A stretch of DNA of 64,000 bases from Octopus bimaculoides (Eukaryota): the NCBI RefSeq assembly GCF_001194135.2, contig NC_068982.1, forward strand, positions 92,499,818-92,563,817. Reading direction: 5' to 3'. A program made the position numbers and the translations under genes. Positions within the stretch are counted from its first letter, which is position 1. Each line of letters begins with the position of its first letter. The notes below the pieces were generated by a model, which worked only from the letters and a program-made list of their open reading frames with translations, searched no databases and was not told the DNA's origin. Shown here piece after piece: positions 40,501-54,200 of the stretch.

Positions 40501-43500
40501 GCTTAGGACAAGTAATCGATGAAAACGGACGAAAACCGGACCCTTCTAGGATCAATGTGATAAAAAAAAAATGCCTGCTCCCACTAACAAAACAACACTA
40601 TAAGCATTTTTAGGTTTGGTAAGTTATTACCAGTTGTACATACCTAAAATGTATGAGCTAAGAGCTCCGTTGAATAAGTTGCTAAAGGAGGACTTGAAAT
40701 GGAGCTGGACAAACGAATGTCAGAAATCATTCGAGGAATTAAAAAGCGGTTAACATCAGAGTTATCATTAACTCATTTCGACCCAAATCGGAAAATAATT
40801 GTGGCATCGGATGCCAGTGAATATGGTATAGGAGCTGTGATATTGCATAAATTTAATGATGGTAAAATCAAAGCTATTGCACATGCATCGAGAATTCTGT
40901 TACCAGCAGAAAGAAACTACTGCCAGATTGAAAAAGAGGCGTTATCATTAATCTTCGCAGTAAAAAAATTCTACAAATTCTTACATGTGAAGAAGTTTAC
41001 ACTGCAAACAGATCACCAACTGTTATTGTCTATTTTTGGTTCGAAAAAGGGTATCCCCATGCACTCAGCAAACTGCTTACAGCACTGGGAGACTACTCTG
41101 TTGAACTACAATTTCCAGATGGAGTTTTTGCCATCAATGAAAATGGGACATGCAGACGGGTTGTCTAGGCTAATTCCAAAATATGAGGAACCTTTTGAAG
41201 ACACGGTGATTGCATCATTAAAACTAGAAATGGAACTGAAGAACATTTTGTGCAATGTAGTATGTGATTTGCCGGTAATGCTGGAAGAAATTAAATTGAA
41301 ATCGGGAAATGATAGGTTCATAAATAAGATTTTTAAAATGTTGAGTAACACGAAAAATATAAATGAGCAAGATGCAGGTTCAAAGCACTATTCAGTATGT
41401 GATGAGGTATTATTATATACACAAAGAGTGGTAATACCTGAAGCACTGCAAAACAGAGTATTAAAAGACTTTCATGTAGGACATCCAGGGATTGTCTGGA
41501 TGAAGAACCTTATGAGAAGTTACGTTTATTGGCTGAATATGGACAAGCAAATCGAGAGACTGGTAAAGCAGTGTAGGGGATGTGCTATGGCAGCAAAGGC
41601 TCCCTCAGTGCAGATACAGCTGTGGCCAAAAATGGATTTGGCATGGTCTAGACTACATGTGGATTTTGCAGGACCAATAAATGACTCTCATTATATCATT
41701 GTGGTGGATAGCTATTCCAAATGGCCTGAAGTGTGTAAATGTTCAAGGCCAACCACAAGTGTGACTATTGACTTCTTGGAAGAACTGTTCGCTCATTATG
41801 GAGTGCCAGATACGATTGTGTCAGATAATGGTACACAATTCGTGGCGAAGGAGTTTGAAAGATTCTGTAAGTCGGTTCAGATGAAGCATGTGTTAACTCT
41901 GCTATACCATCCAAGGTCAAATGGGTTAGCGGAAAGATTCGTTGACACATTCAAGAGAGCCTTAAGGAAGACCAGACGGGAAATCCTTGAAGATACAAAT
42001 ATGACAAAGTTTTTGCAGGTGTATAGAATAACACTGAATCCAAATGCAGAGTCGGGTAGGTCACCCGCAGATTTGATGTTTTCCAGAAAAATTCGTTCTA
42101 TTTTTGACAAATAGTTGCTGAGCAGGAAACAGAAAATAGAAAATTCGGAAAGAAAAACGAAATTTTTTAACACAGGTGACAAAGTGTATTTTAAAATATA
42201 TAGTAACGGAAAATAGGACTGGGAACAAGGAAGTATAACTGGACGTCTGGGTACATGGTAAAAAGACCAAAATATGAACACAGAAGGCATTTAAACCAAT
42301 TAAAAAAAAGATATACCAAAAACCAAGAGAGGCAAGAAGAACCAATAGATTTATGGTATGATTTGTTCGAGGTCCCAGAACCACAAGCAGAAGCAGAATT
42401 GACACGTAGGTCAAACAGGAAGAGAAAACCTACAAAAATGATGGAAATTAACGCTAAGAGGAAAAGATGTGCCAGTTTCTCACCAAGGAAATAAAATCGA
42501 TAAATTCGGGTTTAAAGACTTTCAAAAGGGGGAGGTGTTGTGTGGACGCCCCCAGGCGATAAGTAGGCTAGTCCAATATGTATAAACAGCTAGACGAAAA
42601 GTGTCGCATAGAGCGAGCCGGAGCCATCGGTAGACTTGATATCGAGTTCTGTAGAGTCAAGTCGTCAGAAGTGAGAGTTGAGTAGAGGTCATCTGCACAT
42701 GCGATATAACAATAAGAAAAAGAGCTACTCAGATTCCTCTATATTTATCACTAAAATCTCTTGTGTGAAAAAGTAAGCATTGAAGCATCTCTCTCTTTAT
42801 ATGTACTGATTGGTAATATGCAGTACTGTAGAAGACTCGACCACCTTTGGTGAAATGTACCATGACGCTAGAGTAGTGTTTGGAGGCTGAAATATTTTGC
42901 ACACTGCTAAGCACACAACATTCATTTTGCTGCTTAAACCCTTTGAATCCATTGATTCCCCTCTGTTCCTGTTGCTCACTCTCTACTCATTGCTCTATTT
43001 CGTTCTTGTGACTATCCCACTCTTTACTAAGCCTATGTATCAGAGACTGCTTTGGTCAGCCCTTACCAAACCAATGTATAAGAGACTATACTGGGCTATC
43101 CTCTACAATTCCTTCTCTCTAGTGCATCTACCTTATCATCCTTACTCACACTCTCCTCATCCTCTCCACCCTCTCCTAAGGTCACTTCTATTACCAGCTA
43201 TCACCTAACATTTATCTTATCTCATCACCAACCCTTACTTTTGTCCACCTCTGCTGTTGCCAGTCAGTCTCTAGTCTTTATCTTACTCTGTCACCTTCCC
43301 ATAATTTTGTCCACTTTTGCTGTACTAAATAATCCTGTCCCTTACATCATACTACTACTTTCTTTCTTCCACCTAGTCATCAAGGCCCTTCTGATGTCCT
43401 TGATCTCTTTTCTAATCCCCCTCTTTGGTCACCTGAGCAAATGTACATGCTCTAGGCTACTGTGTACTCTCAGCACTTGCAACTCTCATCCATTTTCAAC

Positions 43501-44307
43501 CTTGATGCTGGTGTCACTGCCCTTTCTGGTTTCATGTTCGAGTTCAAATACTCTCTACATCCCATTACTCTTCCTATACTGATGCAAACTGATTGCTTGT
43601 GTTCCTTAAAAGTGATGGACGAATGAGATAATCTTTCTAGTGCTGGTACCACAAAATGCACCCAGTATCTCCTGTAATTGTTGGCAAACTGAGTGGAGAA
43701 TGTATAGGGTCCAGAGGTTGTAAAATTATGTTCTCCACCACAATTAACTAAAGACCACATTCCTTTTATGAGAGATATATTCTTCATTTAAAAGAGTACC
43801 ATTTTAAAGCATGTCATAATTTCTTCTCACATCTAGAGTTACCATACTTCCCTTTTGATCAACATGTTCTTGGCAGTGAATCCAAAAGCTCATTTTCTTT
43901 TATGAACTAAAGCTGAAAGCAAGATCACCTATTACTTATTAAAGGTATTACACATTGTGATCAACTAAATGCGATGGGGAAAAGCTTTGTTAATCTTGGA
44001 AGATTTCAAACTACTAAACTTGAGACTTTTATAAGCAAGTATATCTATTACTTTTACTTCAATGCCAACTTGTAGACTCTATCATATTACTATATCATTG
44101 ATATTTCCCTACCATGAAAAACTCCCCCAGGTTTTGCAGTCTTGCAAGCTGCATGGCAACCTTACTACCACAAAAAGTACACAGTACATGCTGAAAAATG
44201 GTTAGTATCGAAAATATGCTAGAGCAGACACTGGAGCATATGGTCCTTGGACTCACTGGATCCTGTCAAACCACCCAACCCATGCCTGTATAGAACATAG
44301 ACACTAA

Positions 44308-44341
<34 letters not shown>

Positions 44342-44613
44342 GGGGGAGGGGGAGGAGAAGAAGAAGAGGAGGAGGAGGAGGAGGAGGTGAAGGAGAAGAA
44401 GAAGAGGAAGAGGAGGAGAAGGAGGAGAAGAAGAAGAAGAGGGAGAAGAGAAAGAGAAGAAGAAGAAAAGGGGAGGAGGAGAAGAAGAAGAAGGAGAGGA
44501 AGAGGAGAAAGAGAAGAAGAAAAGGGGAGGAGGAGAAGAAGAAGAAGGAGAGGAAGAGGAGAAGAAGAAGAGAAGAAGAAGAGAAGAAGAAGAGGAAGAA
44601 GAAGAGGAGGAGG

Positions 44614-44667
<54 letters not shown>

Positions 44668-44710
44668 TAGTAATAGTAATAGTAATAATAATAATAATAA
44701 TAATAATGAT

Positions 44711-44746
<36 letters not shown>

Positions 44747-47700
44747 GGATGGTATTTTCATGTTTTCAAAAAGTATGTGTTTGGAAGTCAGATCTGGAAA
44801 ATTTTAAGTGGTTTCCATAGAAGCTTTATGGCATAAATTGAAACTTAAATTGCTTTTCCTTTTCTATTTAAAATCATTTATAAAATAAACTTACCAAAGA
44901 AACTAACCTTGTGTTCCAGATGTAACTAAAGAACTGGTACTTTGACTTTTTCCCTTTGGTACAAGGTTCTTCTGTTTATTCCTCACATCCTTGCTTGTTG
45001 ATCGAATAGGATTGCTGTTATTTTCTGGCTTCTTCCTTTGGTGCTGTTGCTTAGGTTCTCTTTCACTTTGAGTCAAATCTGTGGTTTTGAGTGGAACTTT
45101 ATTTGTTGAGTCGGTATTGTAAATGTCTGGCAAAGTTCTTGTCTGATTACCTTTTACAGAAGATGGCAATTTGTAGTTTGCTTTGGGTTTGTGTTTTGGA
45201 AAACTTGGGGGTTCAGATATAGATTTACTGTTGTGAGCAACACCATTTTGTGTTACAGGTGGGAGCTTTCTATTAGAATTAGAAGATTTCTTTAAGAAAC
45301 TTGTCAAGAGTTTATCATGAACCACAGGCTGAGATTCTGATTGGTTGTCTGCATATGACCAAAACATCTTCTCACATTCTGTGCAACTTTTGGATTTACT
45401 ATGTTGGTGACTTGCTGCTAAAACAACCTGACTTTCTTCATATGACAGAGATGAAGATGAAGCCGAAATGGAGTTGTCACATAAAGAGGAATCACTCATA
45501 TCATTTGCAGTACTGTCAATGTTTAAGGGAAATTGTTTTATTAGCTGAAATATATTTAAAATATTTTATTATAATCAAAGGAAGCTCAACAACATATTAC
45601 ATAATTATAATAGATATATTTTAAGAAAACATTGTATTGCATGATTTTTCAGAGTTGGTTTCTACAAATGACCTACTCTTTATATAGTTGATATTATAAA
45701 GATCTTACATCTAAGATCAAAGTTTCATATTTAGGGACCTTTTACCTCTGTTGGCAACCAAAGGTCTCTCTTTCCAACTGAAAGGAAGATGCATGTGCAT
45801 GAACAGCACTGCCACATGGTAGCAAGACATGGGCCCTAAATGCAGAGGACATGCAAAGACTAGAGAAGAATGAAGCCAAAATACTCTGATAGATGTGCCT
45901 TGTCAATGTACATATTCAACAGAGTACTAGTGTGTTGAGAGAAAAGTTAGGCACAAAAAAAATTAGATGCAGTGTGCACGAGAGAAGACTGCACCAGTTT
46001 GGTCATGTGATGTGGATGGATGTGGACAGTTGCATAAAGAAGTACTGATCACTTAAAGTGGATTGAACTTGTATGGAAGGGGAAAACCCAGGAAGATGTG
46101 CAATGAAGTACTGAAGGCTGATCTCAAGACAGTGAGCATTATGAAGGAGAGGGCATAGGACCAAGATATCTGGCACCTTGTTGTACTCAAGAAAACCTGT
46201 CCACTACAATAAAATTGATATCCTAAACCACTTTGGTTAATGCTTGTCTGTGAGGAGTTCTGCCTACTTACCAACTGCTTCCCTACCACAAATGGAAGGC
46301 ACAAACATACATACATAAACAATAATAGTAAAAACACACTTGAGTACTAAAGTAACATGCATACCCACTATGCCAAAATAAGTTTATCCACTGTATACAC
46401 TTACATATATGCACATACTAACTAATTCACATATTCACAAACCCTTTTTTAAGTCTCTTGACTTAAGCAAAAGTGACTTGTCACTTTGTTAGTGACCAAC
46501 TTGAATTGTGCAAAGGGAAAAAAAAAAAACTTTAATAAATTCCAAAGCAAAGCATATATCCATATATGCATACGCATGTAAACACACATGCACATACATG
46601 TGAATACAAATGCTTTGATGCATGGAAGGAAAATTGATACTTTTATAGTTAAAAAGAAGAAATCTTGAAACATTATTATTACTTACAGTATTTTCTTCAT
46701 TATAATTTACTGCAGAAATGGGGGGAAATGCTGCACCTAGAGAAGACAAATGTAATAATTTACACCTAAAATATCAGAGAGAAAAGAAGATTTGGCAAGA
46801 ACAGCTCTATATTATGCAGCTTATATTAACAATATCAGAAGGATTAAAGGCAAAAGCAGTTCAACTATGATGGCTTAGAATCGTGAAATGTTAGATTATA
46901 GGGCATCTAATGTTTGTGCTTTTTCTAAGAATAAAATGGTTTTGACTGGCATTTGAAACCTCTTTTGTAGTTTTGGTTGGCTGGGAGCTTACTTTTTGCT
47001 TAACAGTGTTTGTCATTTATATATTATGAAAATTGTTCATCAATAAATTAATGTATTTTAAATGAAATGGGAAAATATTGGATATTTTGAATGAAGACAA
47101 GATAGGATTTGATTCCTAAAAACATTCAGTTTTCAGCAAAGGTAAAAAAAAAAGCAAAATGGGATTGGAATGATACTTACCAAGTTGTTTATTACTTGAT
47201 AATATTTTCCCCTTTATTAATGCTTGATGTTTAGGAATAAGATCTGGTAAAATACTTAACCATACTGTTTGTTTTGCTGGGGTATTTAGAATATGTTCTA
47301 TATTGATGATGCTTCCAAATGTTCTGAAAAAGAAGGATTTTATTCTAAATTAAAATTTATTTGAAAATTGTTCTTAACCAAAACTTTTCATCAGCAATAT
47401 TTTACTCAAATAAATAAAATGTTTTTATATTCATATTGTCATTAACACTGTGAGATTCATTCAATAGAGTGAGGTTCATTCAATATGTGACACAGTGTGA
47501 TAACTTTCAAAACGGGATTGAAGGCCTCATTTCTATTGAAGTTGGTTGCTGCAGCTTTTCAGCTATATCAGTGTGTTATTTCTGAAGATTGTTCTGGAAC
47601 CCAAACAATTGAAGAAAGCCACTGAGGAGATAGGTATGGCAGCTGAAATGAACTTAAGGTGTCTGTAGTTGATAAGACACTGCAGGTGGAACCCTTCCAC

Positions 47701-48171
47701 AGGTGAAGAGTAATTCAGTCCTTACTACCTCACTCACATGAAGTATACAGGCTAAGGGTTGAATTGCTTGTGCCCCTGAGATACTTGTTGATAATACAGA
47801 AGAGGTTGTAATACCCCTGAGTAACTCCTGAGGTTTCTGCATGGGGCAAAGCATTTCTAATGTTTATATCACTTAGAGTAGAATTCTTCATATCTGAAAT
47901 CTTTAGATATGATTTTTAAAGATTTTGAAATCATTCTTATTAATGAAATGATGGTATAGTTCTTACACAGCTAAACTTAATGGGTATTTAAGCAATGTAA
48001 CCGTGAATAGTTGATGGCTTAGATGTGGTATTGATGAAAGAGCAATAACTCTTGAAATATGCATATACATATTTATCATCAATCACATTGTTTACATAGA
48101 CACATTCATTTAGGAAATGTTGTAACTTGCAGTGCTGGCTCTAAAATTATCTATAGAGATAAACTTAAAAG

Positions 48172-48208
<37 letters not shown>

Positions 48209-51200
48209 TTATAATTATAAAGCAAATAGCTTTTGATGATTACAATCTTTTTTAATTAACAAAAAAAATTTTAATTACTTATTGACTGCATAAACATCAA
48301 GGTTATTTTTGACTTTATTATTTTCACATGTGCTCAGGTGATGTTCCATAAGACTTCTGTTATCTAAAATATAAATAAATATGAAACCAAAAATTAGATA
48401 AAACTAACAAAAGCAAATTAAATAGAAAATATTTATAGAGTCGTGATTTCTTTGCATAGGTACATGGTGAAAGCTAGTTGAAGAAGAAGTTTATAAACTA
48501 ATGAATCAACTTTGATATATATATTGTTGTCTTTGGGGATTGTCATGTTGCCAGTTTAGCCAATGAAAACACACACACTATATATTTGGTATTCACATGC
48601 TTCAGCTTTATTCTATATTAATTGTATTTTGGCTAGAGTTCTTTCGTCACACTTCTGTGACCACATTAGTGGTCCTTTGCTTTCTTCTTCCTTTTTTGTG
48701 TCTCTCCTTACTAACGATCTGCCATTTTGTATTCCTGTTGTATGTGTCTTTATTTGCGCATGCATGTATCTCTGTGTGTGCCTATGTTTAGTAAGTGTGT
48801 GTGTGGGAATGTGTATGGTACCTGCATTATCAGTATCCCCTGTTTATACACATTTGTTTAATTTACTTTTATTTATTTTATTCATTTGTTTTAATCTACT
48901 ATGTCATTTCTTTCTTTTTTTTTCTATTAATTTAATTTAATTTATTTTATTTTGTTTATGTATATAATTATTCAATTCCATTTATTTATCTGTGCATTGT
49001 ATTAGTTTCATATTATTATCAGTTTATGGGGATCTTATTCTGTCATAGGTTGTGGTGTGTGGGGTGTGTGTACTAGTGTTCCATTCTAGTTTTTTATTTA
49101 GGCTAGGTTTATCTTCTATTATGTGTGTAGCTTCCATAATTTGTCTAAGCTTTGCATCTGTTCTATGTGTGGACAAGATTTTAACTTCTATGTTGTTGAG
49201 GGAGCCCCAGTGTTCCTGCTCAGCATGTTGGTATAAAACTGATGAGCTCTTCTCTTCTTTAAGTTCCCTCCAATGCTCATTTACCCACTCTTCTATGCTC
49301 TGTGCTGTCTCTCCTATGTACGTCATTGTCTTGTTTCTGCACCATCCCTCTGTACATCTTATAGTATAGACTACATTCCTAGCTTTACAGTTTATTTGTG
49401 GGCTAAATCTACATACAATACAGTTCCTACCAGTACAGGGGGTTCTACGAAGTGGGTAGGTTCTACGAAGTGGGTAGGTTCTACTGATTAGGGATTTGAT
49501 AGGGTTACCTGGCCTTTCTACAATCTTAGTTCTTAGCTTAAGTTTGTTTAGGGCCCTTCTAAAGTGGTATGCCAGTTCGCCTCTAAGGGTGGTGTTAATG
49601 AAACCCCCCACACACCACAACCTATGACAGAAAAAAAATTAATGTAATAAAGCTTTATTATTTTTTAGATTAGTTTTATTATTATATATATCTTTTATAT
49701 TGAATAAAATATTAGCTTCAAATTTTGGGCACAAGGCCAACAATTTCAAGGAAGTGGATAAGGCAAACACATCAATTCCAGTGCTCAAATGATACTTCAA
49801 TTTGAAAGGGATGAAAGGCAAAGTTGATCCTGGTGGGCTCAAGAGAGAGAAAAAGAGAATGAAAAGGAAAATGTAAGCTGAAACAACATACTGTTATTTA
49901 AATATTCATTGAGGTTCTCTTTTATTCGAATGTATTTTCTGTCCTTTGTTGACATTTTCAGTATTAAGAACAACCAGAGAGATTTCTTGGATGGAGTGTC
50001 CAGAATTAATCGCAGATATGTTAATAACCTAATGATGTTACTGATTAAAAAAAAGTAGAAGCAAAAATATAAAAGTAAGACAATAATATATATAGGAAAT
50101 ATAGACTTTTGGGTAAATAAATCCATCCTATCTTTGCTAGTATAGATAGACTGATTGAAACTGATGATGACCATAACAATAACAACAATGACAATGATGA
50201 TGACAACGACGATGACAACAATGACAACGATGGTAATGATAATGATAATGATGGTGGTGGTAATGATGGTGATGGTGACGATGATGATAATGACAACGAA
50301 TGCACTGCTGCCACCAACTCACCTGCCTCTGCTGCCTTTGCCAATAATGAGATGAAAATAACAATGGGAGTGGTGATGTTGATGCTTTTTTCCTATAAAG
50401 GTAAGTTGAATAAGTGAGGCAGTATCATCCGTCTTCTGACGAGTGATGTTGATGTGATTTAATGTTTATCAGAGAAACACTAGTAGGTAGAAAATTACAG
50501 CCGGCAGCAATTCTGGGAAAGAGGGATTAGAATAAGGTTTAAAGATGATGATGCTCTCAAGACAGCTTGAATTCCTACAGGATAATAAATAATGCTTTGG
50601 GGTATAAAATTTATTAGAGTTAGCAGTTAATATCAGAGCTATTTATACAATTACCTTATCAAATCCATTATAGAATTTACATGGTAAATTCTATAATGTG
50701 TGATTAAAAAGATCAATTTGAAACTATGTGGTCAATCCCACTATACAACACTGTACAACACTTTGGGTAGGTACTTTCTATTTCAGGTCCATGAAAGCTT
50801 TATGAGTAAAATTTAATGGATGGAAACTTCCTTTGATATTGCTGCACCTTTTATGTGTCCATAGCTTACACCAGGTACAGTGTATGGAGTTTCTACCCAT
50901 GCCTTTTCTACAAATTGAGCAGGGTCATCTACCTGAAGGGGTTTGTGATTTGACAGCCTTCCTACTTACTAAGACTTTGGTTTTTGCTTGGTTAACTCTA
51001 AGACCCTTCGATTCTAGACCTTGCTTCCACACACTAAATTTCATCTTTAGTCCTGACAGTGACTTGGCTATTGGAGCAAAGTCATCAGGATAGAGGAGCT
51101 CCCAGGAGCAGCCTATCTTGAATTCCTCTGTTATTGCTTGGAGGATTATAATGAATAAAAAGGGGCTGAGGACTGATCCTTGGTGAACCCCTACTTCTAC

Positions 51201-54200
51201 TCGGAATTCTTCACTATACTTGTTGCCAACCCTCACCTTACTGGCAGCATCCCTATACAGGGCTTGTACCGCTCTTACCAACCACTCGCCTATCCCCAGT
51301 TTCCGCATTGACCAAATAAGGGATCGGGGGACCCTGTCAAAGGCTTTCTCCAAGTCAACAAAAGCCAAGTACAGAGGTTTATCTTTGGCTAGATATTTCT
51401 CCTGCAGTTGCCTAATCAGAAATATAGCATCAGTGGTGCTTCTGCCTGACAGAAAACCAAACTGCATCTCACTTAGGCTAACTCTCTCCCTAATTAGTTG
51501 GGCTATGACCCTCTCTGTAGCTTTCATCACCTGATCCAATAATTTGATACCCCTGCAGTTATTTCTGTCTAAAGCATCACCTTTACCCTTGTAGCAGTTA
51601 ACTATGGTGCTGCTACACCAGTCATTGGGTATGACTCCTTCATGAACTAACTGATTTGCGATACAGGCGACAAGACCATAACCCCCCCCCCCCGATATTT
51701 TAAGCATTTCAGCAGTGATTCCTGATGAGCTGGGAGCTTCCCCTGTCTTATATCCTTAATATCCTTAATTCTTTATCTATCAGGGTACTGTTGATTTGGG
51801 TAGCTGGGCCCTCAGTTGGTTCAACCTTTGGCAGACTTGCCTCCTCCCATTCATTCTTCACATTCAGCTGTCTTTCATAATGGCATCTCCAAGCCTCTTC
51901 TTTGCAGAATCATTAAACGCAAGGGCACCATCATCCATGCGGACACATTTCTCTCCTATGACATCACGGTTTTCTCTCACATACTGTCTTGCAATCCAAA
52001 ATACTTCAGTTCTTTGGTCCTCATGTCGCTGAACATAGACAAACTTCTTCTTTTCTGCTACTCCCTTGGCTATATATACCTGTCTCCTAGCTTCCCTTTT
52101 AGCTATCTGATACATTCTCCTGCTACCCCTACTCTTCCAGGCCGTCCAAACCTGTTTCTTTGCTCTAATGGACCTGTCTACAGTATTGTTCCACCATCAT
52201 GTTACCCTAGGTCTGGAAGGGACTTTACACCAGCCACAGATTTGGTCTGAGGCACTCATCAAACTGACTCACAGGAATTCCCAGCTGCCTTCTATGTCTG
52301 AGGACTGTAGCTCCTCCTCCCTATCATTAAATTTCTCAGTAAGGAAATCCCTAAACCTCTGACCATGTCCTTCTTTATCAGATTGGTCTGCTTTTTGGCA
52401 TCCTTCTGGCCTCGAGTCTAAAGTCACTAATGACCAGTCTATGCTGGGGGTACATTCTTCACCAGTGAGGGTCTTTGTATTTAAGAGCAACCATGCATCC
52501 CTCTGTCTGGGGAGAATGAAATCAATCCGGCTAGCAGAGTCACCTGATTGATACGTTATCAGGTGGCTAGCTGGCTTCCTGAAGCTGGTGTTGCAGATCA
52601 ATAGGATATTTGTATCGCAGAACTCCAGGAGCCTAGTTTCCTCTTCATGGCATTATTACCAAGTTGTAATGAGAGAAGCTGCTAGATAAATGATAAACAA
52701 TAGAACAATGTTTAAAAGAAGCTTCTAAGTAAATTTATGAAGAAAAAAGAAGAGAAAGAAGATTGAAACCATGTAAACAATTCTCTAGTGACAAATATGC
52801 ATTACCTGGAATTAATGTACTGGAAAAAGTAAAGCAACAATAATTTTCGTTCCAGTGATGTTAATAAATATTCCATCTGAAAATGTAGATCATGGTTTGA
52901 TATAAATTCTCTGTTATAGACATCTTACATAATTTATCATATTCCCTCTAGTAATGATTTATTACATCTGTTACATAATACTGTTAGATAAGAGATATGA
53001 AATTCCTATTTTACTTGAAAATATTGATTTCTAACATTGACATATTGGCTCAAATTTGTGAGGATACTACAATCAGTTAAATTAGTCCCAGTATTTGAGA
53101 GGTGCCTATTTTATCATCACTACAAGATGGAAGACAAAGTTAACTTCAGTGGGATTTGAACTCAGAATGTAAAGCAACATAATTAACCCTTCAGCATTTA
53201 AACTGGCCATAGCCAGCCCTGTTTTATGTTCAGACTGGGCAGATTTGGTCTTTCACACCTACCTGACAATGTCATTCAAATCATAAACAATCAAATCATT
53301 GAAATTTCAGTGCTATGAGATAATGCATGGTTAATTTAAAACAATGTGAATAAAAAAGCATTATATTTGACAGAGTAATCTGAATGCTAAAGGTTAATTA
53401 CCACAATGGATTAAGGCAAAAAAATAAATAATAAATCTGTTTTCCTTGAAAGCTGTGAACAAGCACTAGCCATTGTTCCAAAATTTCTGTCTATATACTG
53501 AATATTTTGATTGTTTCAAGATCTCTGATGGTACTTTCTCAAGATAGTAATGTGTAACACAAATAAAAGGAAACATCAAGCTTTAATATTTTTAAAATCT
53601 GAGTTCAAATCTCACTGAAGTTCACATTGCTCTCCATTCTTCTACATCAGATAAAATAAGTATTATAAGTATGTGTCTAAAATGTCTGACAACAACAACA
53701 AAGGGGATAACTCCAATAAGATCAGTTGATTGAAATTTCTGGATAATATAGATAATGCAGAATGGAATGGATTTCATTTTTGAAACCAACTAGATGAATA
53801 CTATAGTAAATTACCTTTTCATGATATATTTACATTAAGTATGATACATAGATAGCTAGAGGCTTGAAGTTTGAAATTTGGGAGAGTCTGTTAGTTGATT
53901 ATATTGACTCCAATACATGACTAGTACTTTATTTTATAGACTTGTCCCCTCCCCCCAAAAGAGTGTGATTTAAACTCAGAACATAAAGAACTAGAGAGCT
54001 AGAACAATTACTTTAAGGCTTTTTGTCCAACACTTTATTGATACTGCAGTCACCATCCTTACAATATTTCTTATAATAATAACCTATAGATAATCTAAAA
54101 CATAAGATAAAGTAAACAAATTACAATACTAAAATAAGAATGCTCCAGTTTGGCCATAACTGCATGGCTTACAACATGTAGCTTATGTTGCTGATATTGC

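Larger units (their letters stand above)
38289..42711 (+). mobile_element. Degenerate Ty3/Gypsy LTR retrotransposon (Mag-like), 4423 bp, in a formin intron, antisense to the host
   Basis: 176-bp TG...CA LTRs; 5-bp TSD ATAAG (38284-38288, 42712-42716); PBS; PPT AAAAGGGGGAGG 42524-42535; gag with two Cys/His knuckles; protease LDTGSD; RT; RNase H (DAS); integrase GHPG/CxxC and D,D-E residues in PR-RT-RH-IN order; many stops and frameshifts. Confidence 0.95.

Noticed and set aside
52660-52681. 22-nt micro-exon candidate
   Set aside because: Not needed once 52806-52876 and 49892-50040 were found; the phases already close
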